NCBI RefSeq assembly: GCF_000485595.1
Contig: NW_014577091.1
Location: 23,956-68,496 of the forward strand
Source: Priapulus caudatus
Taxonomy: Eukaryota
Direction: 5' to 3'
Length of the DNA: 44,541 nt
Below the pieces are notes generated by a model that ran no database searches, was not told the DNA's origin, and was given only the letters and a program-made list of their open reading frames with translations. Position numbers and translations under genes: made by a program. Below, in pieces: positions 1 through 12,864 of the stretch. Every line of letters begins with the position of its first letter. The first letter of the stretch is position 1.

Positions 1-577
1 ACCAGTATCTAGTTAACCCCTGCACAGGGCAAGCCGAATTCAACAGCTAAACAGTACATCGTGTATATTTCTGTAGTTGTCGCTGGGGGCTGTGTGGGAT
101 TTTGTGCACCATCTTTTAGTTCACCTTAGCCTGTTGACTAAGGCCGAATAAAAGCCCCGGGCATATTCTCGGCGTGAACACTTTTATCAGCTTGTTCTGG
201 TTTTACGTGTTGCTATTTCTTGTGTTGACACCTATACTACAATCCAGTGGTCGAACCTTCATTCGTCGTTACAACTAGACGTAAAATCGTTGCATATATA
301 TATATGTATATATATGTGTATACTGTATGGTTACACAAACCATCTAATCATAGATCTACAAGCAAGTTAGGCACTCTTTACATGCGGGTTTCAAAAACAG
401 CAGTAATAATAAATTCAGTAAAGCCGTCATACATGTCAGCACATTTTTACAAACTAAACACCTCATTACATCAATCTTTTAAATTAAATTTGACAAATCA
501 AGATGAGTTTTCTTTTAAATTCAGTAGCCAATCTAACTTTGAGTATTTGCTGTGAAATTGGCGAGGTTCATGTGCCA

Positions 578-657
578 CATTACATTACATTACATTGCAT
601 TGCATTACATTACATTACATTACATTACATTACATTACATTCCATTACATTACACTA
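578..657. repeat. (CATTA)n microsatellite
   Basis: Direct read. Confidence 0.95.
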
Positions 658-2199
658 CATGCCAGTGGCTAACTTAACACATTTAGAGACTGTAATGGAG
701 AACATGCTTAAACTGCCTGAAATTTGTCTATTCCAATTCGACCACTTAAAGTAAAACATAAAGAGGCCTACTCTTAATCATACTTCACTTTTATTACCTA
801 ATAAAAAGCTTGCTAGACTTCCCTTCTCTCCCTTGCTCTCTTCCTCCCTCTCTCGCCATCTCCCTCTCCCCCCCCCTTCTCTCTTGCTTTCTCTATACTT
901 GTGTAACTTGTATGAAGTAATAGAGACACTACTTTACCAGTCTAGAACCACTTACACCCCACTCACTAAATGACATGCACTTTTGCCTTGTAGTGCTATT
1001 TACAAGAAAAATGTCACGACACAGAAGAATGTGGTTTTGTTTTCATATAACAAACTCGACAGAGTGCACTCACGGAGTGCATACCTCCGCCAGCGACATA
1101 CACCATATGCCATACGACTCACGAACACACGAATAACCCACGATATACGCCAGCGTACTGACATGTACACGCTCCCATATAACATGTATGTCTTACGAGC
1201 TGGCTCGCCACTCGCTGCTGGCTGCTGCCGACTGCTGCTGGAGCTGGCTGTGGCTGGCTGGCTGCCTGGCTGGCTGGCTTGACTCGACGCACTAATATCG
1301 ATCGCGTGAACACACGAACACACTAACACACAGACACACGAGAGAGAAAACATATAACCTCCTCGAACTCCGTTGGGCAGAGGTAACTATAATAGTACAT
1401 ACTCTTGGTAATTTTTGAGCTGGAGTAATAAATAATATGTCCACTAATAGGTGAGGCTTAATTTTGTCCGCTTCATGTTTTTATTTGTATATTTTTTGAG
1501 AGATAATATTTTTAAGTTCCTTACCCTGCAAATGACACTTAAAAACCTTTATTTATGTGTAACAATTGTGAACAAGTGCCGCAGTGCGACAGGGCTCATC
1601 TGGTGTCTGGTTTTCAGCTGATAAATTCATTTGTGCATAGCAAGACATCTTATACATAAGTCTTCTTTATTCTTGTTTGACTTTCATAGCCAATTCGAAC
1701 AAATATATCAGCTACACTTTCGCACCCACCTAATCTCTATGCATTGCAGACACATGTGCATTGCAGGTTGGCAGGCAACAATTATGATTAGAAGCGTGCC
1801 AGCCATGGGCTGCCCCGTGTTTTTGCCTACCCACGCGAGAATTCACTGATTCAGCCTTCAGGGTGCTATAGACAGACTGCTTTAGAAAATAATATGATTT
1901 AGGGAGCGTAAACCTTGTTCAACAAACATTCCTTTGCAATTCAACTGTGCACACTGTAGCCTCACATTCACGAACAGGTTATGGGCTTAATAATGCAAAT
2001 AGCAGTTCAGTCTTTGTTAAACGATCAACAAAATCAATTTTAAGCCCTCCTCTTGAGGATCAACATTCCGACATTACTCTTCGCATGTCACTGCGAGAAG
2101 TACACATTCATGTCTTTCAATAAAGCCATCAAAATGGTAGTCACCGCTGAACACAAAAAAGTTTTTCCAATTCGGTCCGTCAGACATTGTCTCAGAAAA

Positions 2200-2635
2200 T
2201 GTCTAAAATCTGCCGTGTGCCCATTGACCTTTGACCCGTGACTCCAATTTCTGCACATGATGGCTTTCCACCATGATGCTAACACAGACTATCACGAGCC
2301 TAGGTCGCCGTTAGATTTGTGTCCGGCAATTCTGTGCATTCCTCCCTAGTACCTTTAAGTAAGGAAAGAATGTGCCACCTTCTTTCTACAGCCACTCTTG
2401 TATCCTTTGACCTTGACCCCCAGCTTACGACATCCAAACTCCGTTTCGGATTACCGACCCCAGCTCAACGCACGACGCCCCCCACCCCCCACGCCGTACG
2501 CGAGCGGTTAAGAGTTGAGCCCACTGTTGACGCACCGGACCGCACGACCCGGCCGACGGACGGACGGACCGCACGTCTCATCGCTCCGGATTCTAGCAAG
2601 TCTGCATCTGACTATGTCAGATGAGCTAATAATAA
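2200..2635 (+). mobile_element. Helentron-associated (HINE/DINE-like) non-autonomous element, start uncertain
   Basis: tgacc(t)ttgaccc motifs, (ACGG)n microsatellite, and a terminal hairpin catctgac-tat-gtcagatg (2605-2623) followed by agctaataa. Confidence 0.55.
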
Positions 2636-3459
2636 GGGGAGTTTGACAAACAAGGACAACTCCACATTCACGAGCAATAATCTATCTATTATGTATTTAC
2701 CCAATAAACGATTTATTATATACAACTCAAAAAACACAACTCGAAATTTCTTACGTGACCCAACTATATTTTTTCAGTAAAAAACAATAAACAATAAGTT
2801 TTTACCATAATATTACTTACCTTTAGGTATTTTCTCAAAAAAATGTTTTTGTAACTTTTGAAGCAATAGTAAATCCAGTAAAATCAACGATTTGAAAGGG
2901 GGCGGGCATGGCCTAATAGTGACGTGGATTTCAATTTTGGGAATCTGTTCTGAGCTTTGTAATGGATGACCGGATGCGTAGCCACTGTGAACATTAAAAT
3001 AACCTCGTGTCTAAACGCCCTCAAACAACAACCTCACCCACCCCTTGTCCTCTCTCCTTCACCTTCTTTTGATCCTTCATTCCCCTCATCCCTTCCCCTT
3101 CACACCTATTTCCACTTCCATCTTCTTCCTATTCCTTCTGCTTCCTCCACGCTTTCCTTGCTGCCTCCTCTACCCCTCCTCCAGCTTTCTAGGCTTTCTC
3201 CTCCTCCACCATGGTTTCGCTGTTGCTTCATCCGCTCAGCTGCCCTAGGCCAATAATCGAGCATTTCTACAGCGGGATAACCTATCATTACCTCATAGGA
3301 GCCCTAATTCACGCAGTGTACACACATTTTACATCAGTAGTATCCATGGTGCACATTGGGCTTAATACAGTAAGAAATCCCTTAGGCATTTAAAATGTAT
3401 GCCACTGCCTATTGATAAACGTAGTGATTGGACAGTGATAAGCAGAACTGCGACTTTTT

Positions 3460-3770
3460 CATGCAACTCGACAGCGATTCTAGAATCGCTGTAAAAATTG
3501 CTGTGAAATTGTGTATGTCTGCGGGAATGTGTAACTGCAACCCGTAGCGATTCTGGTTGCTTGCGACGAGTTGCAAGAAATCAAACTGTTTTTATTTCGA
3601 GTGACTCGTTGCTCCCAATCGCTCCCAAATTGCTCTAGCATTGCTTCAAAATCGCACGTGTGCGCACACGCGGTGGGTGACACATCGTCCGATCACTTGC
3701 GGTTGCAGGTTGCAGCAACGAGCAACCAAAAATCTCAGGTCTAGATCTGCGCTAGGCTTTACACGTATGT
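3460..3770. mobile_element. Degenerate palindromic MITE-like remnant
   Basis: Repeated gcgatt/aatcgc and gttgc/gcaac motifs and the palindrome gcgattctagaatcgc. No clear TSD. Confidence 0.3.
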
Positions 3771-4730
3771 AATGCCCAGGTGCTTGTATACACCTTTTTA
3801 ACGTGCAGTGTTATAGGGGTACAAATTGTGGTAAGTCGAGTTTGAGTTGAGGGTGGCGGGGTAAATTTCGGACGTTTATCTTGCTGGCTAGCGTATTTTG
3901 CTATGTATCATGGGATACCTGTAGCTTAGTCTGTCACGTTGCACAGATTCACTTCTGTGTGCGAATCAGAAACGCTGTTACAGCAGTTTTAAACACGCTG
4001 TTGCTGCGCACGTTCGTTTACATCTAGAGATGATGACATGAGAGCGTGCATTAATTAGTGGGCGGTGAATGAGAGATTGAAACAAATCAGTTATTTTGTC
4101 GTTATTTATAAGAACATGACTTTTTCTCAAGTTTATTAATCAGCTGTTAAGTTGTGGCAATCGGCCACAGATAAGTCGCAGTGAATTACTAACACTACAG
4201 TAGCAATTGTACATACCTTGGCCAATTCTAACACAGTCTTTCAATCATCATAAAATGTACAGAATCGCGAATACCTCCGTTGTTACATGCTGCATTTGCT
4301 GTAGTGCGAGCCGACGCAGACCCCAGTACTCAGTAGTGGGGTTAAACCCGCACCCTCAGATTAGCAAAGCGGCGTTATAACGTCGAGCGTGTACAACATT
4401 TGCTGATGTTTCAATACCGATTTCTTGGAACTCACAACTCCGATTCCAAAGAGTTTGGTGCCATTTTAACGCTAATGTAGTAATGGAGTAAAAAAGTAAT
4501 TTGCACTGGAGTAAGGGCCAAGGTGTCTCTGGATTCCTTATGAAAGATTAGATTTTAATTTTTAAACGTTTAGGCTCTTTATTTACGTTATTGTTGAATG
4601 TTGTGTCATAAAAAAACATTACAGAGTTTCGTGCATCTTTTAAACTTATTTCCTAAAATAAACAATTCCAGTGACCCTTATGCGCATTTATGTTGTAATT
4701 TATGCCTTTTGCCTTTACACAGTCACTGTG

Positions 4731-4959
4731 GGTCATAGGGTCTATGTCCCCCAGGGTACTGCCGGAAAGTACCCTGGGTACGGTCCGGTATACCGGAACG
4801 TAACCTGGTCACTATTTGATATGATTAGGGTTAGGGTTAGGGAGTAGGCGTAGGCGACTCTCTAGACTCGTTCGTGGAGTAGGCGAGGTACGGTCCGGCA
4901 TATTAGATAGTACCAGGGTACCTTCCGGCAGTACCCTGGAGGACATAGACCCTCTCAGC
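4731..4959. mobile_element. MITE with subterminal inverted repeats and internal (TTAGGG)3, 9-bp TSD (Mutator-like)
   Basis: 41-bp inverted repeats at 4737-4777 and 4913-4953 (2 mismatches), each 6 bp inside direct repeats gtcactgtg (4722-4730, 4960-4968). Confidence 0.8.
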
Positions 4960-4971
4960 GTCACTGTGTCA

Positions 4972-5086
4972 TAGCTCTAGTACTTTAGCCCAAGTACAGT
5001 TGCCACTGGCCACTGGCCAGTTACCACTGCCAGTAGCAAGTGGCAACTGTACGCGGGCTATAGTACTACTACTAGTACTAGAGCTA
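4972..5086. mobile_element. 115-bp foldback MITE, 9-bp TSD
   Basis: Ends tagctctagtact / agtactagagcta; inner inverted repeat gtacagttgccact / agtggcaactgtac. TSD actgtgtca at 4963-4971 and 5087-5095. Confidence 0.8.
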
Positions 5087-5481
5087 ACTGTGTCATTGAT
5101 ACCTACCTGTTCGTAACTCTTTGTCACGTTAGTGAGTGTAACCGCGAGGTGTAAGTAACCTCATATAAACCTCATAATCATATTCATAAATATTACTATT
5201 AGTCTTCAAAAGTCCTAGGGACTATAAGTATAACGAAGAAGTATCCGCGAGAACTACTATTACTATTACTATTAGTATTAAGATATATACACATTACCTA
5301 ACCCGACCAGGCTGTGTGACTAACGTCAATACACCAGGGTATTACACCAATAAATCAGGGTATTCTAACCCTAGCAATACCGTTTCTTGGAGCTACACAT
5401 TACCCAGAAAACTTATACTAATACTTACTAATAGTAATAGTACTAATAGTAATAGGGTTTATATAAAGATGACACACTTAC

Positions 5482-5526
5482 GATTACGATTGCTGCCAGC
5501 GTCGCCACGACGAGATTCTTAAACAT
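5482..5526 (-). CDS. Possible first coding exon of another gene (signal-peptide-like)
   Basis: ATG at 5526 gives MFKNLVVATLAAIVI, followed directly by a consensus donor GTAAGT. No downstream exon identified. Confidence 0.3.
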
Positions 5527-5899
5527 TCGACTCTGATTCGACCTAGTTTTGGTAGCCGAGAAATGAGAAAATAATCGCCCATCAAAGTCTACGAGCCAGC
5601 TACCGTACACCGCGCTGTTGTAAATAGTTGTGTAAATACCATAGAGTTGTATAATAATATAATAATTATTACTATTATACAACTCTATGGTAAATACGTC
5701 AACCAAACTGACGTCAACTACCCGGTTACCCAGTCAGTCGACGAAGAGCGTTGCGGGTCGGTGGCGCTCTCGGGTGGAAGCACAAGAAACGAAATGGACA
5801 CACTGGTCAAGGCGCTTCTACTCTGGAAGTAAATTCCAAATTACTCTGCAAAATGACTGTGCATCGTTAACGGATAGTGATAAGGAAGGAGTGTTATAA

Positions 5900-8415
5900 T
5901 TTATTGTTTAAAGAATTAAAGTAGAGGGAACTAAATCACGAGTATAGTCTGGAACGAGGAAATGAAGAGGCGGTGGTAGTGATGTTGGTGGTGGAGGAGT
6001 AAGAGGAGAAGTAGGAACAGGTGAATTAAGGAGGAGGGGGAGGAGGACGACGGGGAGGAGAAGGTGGAGGACGAAACTGTGAGGGGAAAGGATGAGGAAA
6101 AGTGAGAGAATAATGCGGAGGGAGAGATAACGGAGGTGTACGATGAGGAAAAACAAATGGATGGGAGAAGTCGAAAAGTCGGTAAGGGAAGTATGGAAGT
6201 CGAAAGGAGAAGGGATGTACGTAGATTGAGATGAGATGCGGAGAGGTTGAAAGATAGAGTAAACAGGAATTTTCTTATTTTACTTTCTACTTCCAGCTAT
6301 AGTACCCAAATTTACTCATCCCTCCACACATTCTGTGATCGCGCAAGCCTACTATATTTGCCAGAAACTCACATACTATTTATTGTATTGACACACACAC
6401 ATTCCCGAGCAGTTCCTCCTACCTGTCATACCTGATATGCGCTATCGCAGTGACTCGATCACTTTAGGCTATCAATTACGAGGTTTTCTGACCAGGTCTT
6501 CCTAAATTTCGTATGTTGTAGCCATAAATATCATCATTATCAAGTGTCTATAATAGAAAATTAATATAATAGATGAATAGATCTTCTATTATGGACTCTT
6601 GATATCATATAATCATAACCGTGTTGGTGCATGCCGAGTATTTACCATACAAAACATTATTTTGTATAAATTATACAGAAAATAGTAAAATAGAAATCAG
6701 AAATTTGTAGATAGCTTGAGAAGAGAGATAGAAGGAATAGGTGAAGGATTAGGAGGAGGGGTAGGGGGAGAAGGAGCTCGGAGAGGGGAAAGAGTTGAAG
6801 CAGATTAGCAATGTTGAGAAGGACGGAAAATATTGCTTGTACGAGATGGAGGAGGACAGGGGAAAGCCAGGTGGATAAAGTAGGATGTGGAGAAGAAGGC
6901 ACAGAAAGTCAAGAGGATTTCGTTATTAGCTGTAATGCGTCTAGTTTACTCAATTTATAAATATTAACTTTTATCCCGCAAGTGCACTATTTGCCAAAAA
7001 CTCATGCTTCTGTTAATATTATATATTTAACTTATGGAGCACATATTCTCCATGTTTCCACAGTTTGATGTTGAAATGGTCTCTCTTACTTTGTCAATAC
7101 CAAATTGTCTTCTCTCTGCCTCCCAAATTCGTATATATTGCAGTATGATTTCTTATAGTATCAGCTCTGGGGCACGCAGCATGCCCAGTGTCTTCCACAT
7201 GGAATATTTCTTGCTTAAATCATAGAGAGCAGAATGTCATAGCTAGTTTGACAAGGGAGATAGAAACAGTGCTGGATGACGAGAAGGAGGGGGAAGAGAA
7301 GGAGGAGGTGGTGAGAGTAGTGAGCAAGATAGAGGAAGACGGAGACTAATGCGTGTAAGAGGTTTAAGAAGACGGGGGAAATCCCAGGTTGATAGGGTAG
7401 GTTGTTAGGAAGAAGGCGTGCAGGGATTCATGGGTATTTCGTTATATGTCTACAGCTTTGCCAATTTCTACGATCTCTCCGTTTGAGAACGACTAGGCCT
7501 ACTGCTTGCCAGAAATTCATTACCTTCTGTTGAAATTATATTTTATTTAAAATGGGGAGTACATTTTCTTGTTCAGTTTGATTACAAAACGTCTTTAACC
7601 CCTGGCTCACTTTATCAGTCCCAATGTTCCCTAGCTCCGTCCTTCTAAATCCCTTATGTTGTGGTATAATATCCTATAAAGTCCGATATAAATTCATAAG
7701 TCAAAAAAATATTATGTTCCATAAAGTCATATATGTGCACGCATGCCCAATATCTGCCATACGAAACATTACTATAGAAAGTCATAGCATGTTTGAGAAG
7801 GGAGATAGAAGGGAAGGCGGTGAGGATGGGGAGGAGGGGGAAGAGAATAAGGATGTGGCAAGAGAGAGAGAGAGAGTGGCAAGGTTGAAGAAAGTGATTA
7901 GTTTGAAAAGGGGGCAGAGGACAGGTCATTAACATGTGGATAAGGACGTGTTTGAGCATGTCTAAAATCTGTCAGAAACTCAATATTCTGTTGAAATAAT
8001 CTATATGTTGTCAGTATTCTATTTAAAATAGAGAGAACATGTTGCCGAGCATTTTTGTCTGTCAAAGGTTTATCGAAGTGACTCACGTCTAGAAAACTAA
8101 AACTCCCACTAAAAATAGTCATACTCATAGCTAATTTGAGAATTGTGAGGACGGAATGAAGAAGGAGGATGAAGAGAGGGAGTTTCGTCAGTTCCCCCAT
8201 GTATTCTGTGCTCGCGTAAGCCCACTACTAATTACAATTTAACGTAGAGAGCACAAAGTCAAAACTAGTTTGAGAAGGGAGATAGAATGGGGTGGTGGGC
8301 GGAGTAGGTGAATAAAGAAGAAGAGAAATATGGAGGGGAGGAGAAAGAAAAGAAGAAAGAGGAGGGAGATGCATGGAAAGGTAAGGGAAAAAAAAAAGAA
8401 TTTGAGCTTCACTGA
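5900..8415 (+). repeat. Diverged tandem array, ~4-5 units of ~460-630 bp
   Basis: Anchor ttga(g/c)aag(g/a)gagatagaa at 6716, 7248, 7793 and 8270. Anchor ttgccagaaactca-like at 6358, 6991, 7506 and 7969. Each unit has a purine-rich block. Confidence 0.7.
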
Positions 8416-9369
8416 GACCGATTCTTGATCGACCAATGTGGTCATCTGTTAGCATCGTGTTAGCCATCGCGATGAATGATATAATCAGGCCAATTTTTGT
8501 CCAATTGTGGAGATATGTATCACCATGAAGCTAAACATTAGCCTTCCTAACAAATAAAAATCAAATTACGACATAATACAGTAAATGGCAAAGGCAAAGT
8601 AGACAACACGTATATTTTAGAAATCCGGGTCGATAATCTACACCACCGTATACCAAATTCCATATAAACCAGGTCGATCTGTTGCTCAGAATTACAGACA
8701 ACTAAATACACATGGTTATTTACAAACAAAATTCACCTGCGTAGTAAATGAAGGCTCATTATATTCAAAGTTGTCAATTATTGCGTTCTGACCACGCCCA
8801 AAAAATAAACTTTCTGGCGTGTTCATCGATAAAAGACTTTCGATTCACAAGTTCGAGTCTTAGGATCCATATTCGCTATGTAATCTGCAATAAATCTAAC
8901 AGCGTGGGCAATATACTTTGCATGGACCCATATGCTGATACAGCGTTAAAGTTTATATAACTATCTAAACAAACCACGGACAACAAATTGAACAATAGGC
9001 CTATACTAAAACAATTCAGACGTTATCTGTATGTATAACCCATATCGACAAAAAAGATGCCATTTTCTCTAACAATACGAAAAAGTTGAAACTACGACAC
9101 ATTCCTTGATTTGTTTGTGGATTTACGTTATTTGTCTCTCTTCTACTTTTTCTTGTTGACGTTCTTTGTAAAAGCAGTATTAAAAGCGAAGCGAGCCGCC
9201 CTCTGCTAGAAAATATTTGTGTTGGCCACCCCATAGAGAAGTTATTAACTACAGAACTGTCCATATTACCAGCTAAGAAATGCATAGCGACGCCCATTTT
9301 AGATGCTATTATCAACAACCCGTCTAAACTACCCTTACAGATTGTGCAAAAATTCCCAAATTTTTACCT

Positions 9370-9575
9370 CATAACACACAAACAAACACACAACCACACA
9401 CACAGACACAGACACACACACACACACACCACAACACACACACACACACACACACACACACCACACACACACACACCCAACACACCCCACACACCACACA
9501 CACCACACACACACACACAAACACGCAACGCGCCGCGCACAACGCACAGCAACACACGCACGCGCACGACACACA

Positions 9576-9606
<31 letters not shown>

Positions 9607-10866
9607 GCCACCACAACACACACACACACACACACATCACACACACACACACACACACACCACGACAACACAGCACAACACACAACACAACACTACACAA
9701 CACAATACACACACACACTACACACACGTACACACACGTACCAACACACGTAATACATCACAACACATTCCACACCACACACACACACCACGCACAACAT
9801 CACACACACACACACGCCCACACCACACACACACGACGAGCGCGCAATGCCGTCACAACACACGTCACACACACATGCACACACATGCACACCGCGCGCA
9901 CACACAACAGCACAGCACACATACACACACACGGCCACACACAACACCCACACACACACATCACACACACGCTGACGCGCAACAACACACACACACACAC
10001 TCTGTGGCACACACACACACACACACACAACGCACGCACGCACACACATACAACGCACGCACGCAACGCACGCACAGCAACGCACGCACCCGACGCACTC
10101 AACTCACACCACAACACACACTCCACACTCAACACTCACACTCACAACCACACCACATCACACTCACACTCACACTCACACTCACACGCGCGCGCGCGAG
10201 CCCGCAGCACCACACACACAAGAAGAGAGAGAAAAAGAGAGAAAGAAGAGAAAAGAAGAAAGAGAGAGAAAGAGAGAAGAGAGAGAGAGAGACGAGAGAC
10301 GCGAAGAGAAAAGAGAGAGAAAAGAGAAGAGAAGNNNNNNNNNNNNNNNNNNNNNNNNNCTTGTTGACTATGCTAAGCAACATTAGATTCTTCGGGCTTT
10401 TCTACGCTCTCAACCCATGCTGGTTATCAACATACGTAGATAGGGTATATATATATTATTATATAATATATATATAGAGTAGGAGAGAGACGGAGAGGGA
10501 TGAGAGCAGGGAGAGAGAGATATGAGGAACGGAGGTGAGGGCAGAGAGAGAGAGAGAGATAGGGGGTAGGAGGAGAGGGAAAGAGAGAGAAGAGAAGAGA
10601 ACGGAAGGGCGCGGGAGAGAGGATAGAGAGATGAGAGAGAGAGAGCAGAGAGACGAGAGAGAGAGAGAGATAGAGAGAGAGAGACGAGATGAGAGATGAC
10701 GAGAGATGTGAGAGAGATGAGAGAGAAGAGAGAGGGAGAGGGAGAGAAGAGAGAAGGGATAGTATGGATATATATATATAGATAGATAGATAGATAGCGT
10801 AGAATTAACTAAATAGTATCAGATAAGATAGATAGATAGTAGATAGATAAGCATAGATTAAGTATA

Positions 10867-10902
<36 letters not shown>

Positions 10903-11005
10903 CATAGATAGATAGATAGATAGATAGATAGGATAGATAGCATAGATAAGATACATAGATAGATAGAATAGATAGATAGATGGATAGATAGATAGATAGA
11001 TAGAT

Positions 11006-11043
<38 letters not shown>

Positions 11044-11050
11044 TATAGAT
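9370..11050. repeat. Degraded (CA)n, (GA)n and (GATA)n tracts around the gap
   Basis: Direct read. Confidence 0.9.
10335..10359. other. Assembly gap (25 N)
   Basis: N run flanked by degraded microsatellite. Confidence 0.99.
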
Positions 11051-11775
11051 ACTTAATAAAAACTAGCTATAGTTTAGTTAGATAGATAAATTACTTAGCT
11101 AACCTCAATGCAGACAACAATTCTACGCAATAACCTTTATAATAATGTGGCGTCCAGCAAACGCAAACGATAAACAATAATATACTAATGTTATAATAAT
11201 AAAATAATAATGTTGCAGTGTATAGATTCAAGCGACAGCTTTATAAGACATTGGCGGCGCCTAGCGGTTACTAATCTCTTCCGTGTGTAAACCGATTACC
11301 TATATCTAATTAACATTTATTATCGTTATGATATTGTTATTTGTGTTGTTGTATATGGATCAGCGGTGGTGAGCCTAGCGATTAGGTTATGTGCGAGTTT
11401 TAATGCGAACATCTTACAAGGGGCGGCTTCCCTGATGTCGGCGACAACTTCATAGATACTGGCGGCCCCTAGCGGTTATTCATCTCTTCCGCGTGGATCT
11501 CTGTCACTGATTTATATATAATAACACTATTATTTTTCTTACATTATTTCTAGCGTTATTATATATAGTAGAGTATATAACGCTACTGCGCATGCATTTA
11601 CACGCATTTATTACACACACGCATTTATTACACACACGCATTCCACGCATTTACACACACTATTATTTTTCTTACATTTTTTATTATTTTACTGCGCATG
11701 CATAACACGCATGCATTCATATATACTAGTTGCGAGTTGTGCGACGAGAGACGTAGAAGCGGTGGCTATATATAC

Positions 11776-11910
11776 CTTGATGCGCGCAGTCAGCGTTTCC
11801 CCGCTCGTCGCTCCAGTCCTCGCAATGATTGATCAGGTCACAGTTCAGCTTTGCATCGATGCATTTGCCGTTGTCGCAGTGAAAGTCTCCGTAGAAGCAT
11901 TTTTTCGGAT
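11776..11910 (-). CDS. LDL-receptor class A exon (intact copy, out of gene order)
   Basis: 135 nt, phase 1-1, acceptor ttttcAG, donor G|GTATAT. DPKKCFYGDFHCDNGKCIDAKLNCDLINHCEDWSDERGNADC has 6 Cys and the acidic D-x-S-D-E motif. Confidence 0.85.
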
Positions 11911-11940
11911 CTGAAAACATATTCGAGTGAAAATACGGCG

Positions 11941-12864
11941 ACCGATTCTTGATCGACCAATGTGGTCATCTGTTAGCATCGCGATGATGTATATATATCA
12001 AGGCCATTTTTGTCAATTTGTGTGAGATATTGTATCACCATGTAAGCTAAACATTATGCCTTCTCAAATAAATGCAAATACGACATAATACAGTAAATGG
12101 CAAAGGCATGTATTGACAACAGATATTTTTAGAAATCCGGGGTCGATAATCTACACCACCGTTATACCAATTCATTATAAACCAGGTCGATCTGTTGCTC
12201 AGAATTACAGACACCTAATACACCATGGTTTATTTACAAACAATATTCACCTGCGTAGTAAATGAAGCTCTTATATTCTAAAGTTGTCATTTATTGCGTT
12301 TCTGACCACCAAAAATAAACTTTCTGCGTGTTCATATAAAATGTACTTTTCGATTCACGTTCGAGCTTCTTATGGATCCTATTCGTCTATGTATCGCAAT
12401 AAATCATACAGCGTGGGCAATATACTTTGCATGGGACCCTTGCTGATACAGCGTTATAGTTTATATAACTATCTAAACAACCACGGACAATTGACAATAG
12501 GCCTATATTAAAACAATTTCAGACGTATATCGTGTATGTATAACCATATCGGACAAAAGATGCCTATTTCTCTAACAATACTGAAAAGTTGAAACTACGA
12601 CAGCATTCTCTATGATTTTGTTTGTGGATGTTACGTTATTTTGTCTTCTTCTACTTTTCTTGTTGACGTTCTTTGTAAAAGCAGTAGTTAAAGCGAAGCA
12701 TGCCCTCTGCTGAGAAAATATTTGGTGTGGCCCCCGCCAAGATGAGTTATTAACTACAGAACTCCATTTACATGCTTAGAATACATGAGCGAGCGCCATT
12801 TTAGTGCTATTATCACAAGCCGTTCTAAACTACCCTTACAGATTGTGCAAAAATTCCCAAATTT
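11941..12864 (+). repeat. Noisy direct duplicate of 8417-9363
   Basis: Both start accgattcttgatcgaccaatgtggtcatctgttagcatcg and end cttacagattgtgcaaaaattcccaaattt. Confidence 0.9.

Noticed and set aside
4211..4300. Strong minus-strand donor (CAAG|GTATGT) as exon 2 of the 5.5-kb candidate
   Set aside because: All three frames from the nearest plausible acceptors contain stops.
9335..10477. Long ORFs (up to 377 aa) rich in His/Thr or Cys/Val
   Set aside because: Translations of (CA)n/(GT)n tracts; the longest crosses an N gap.
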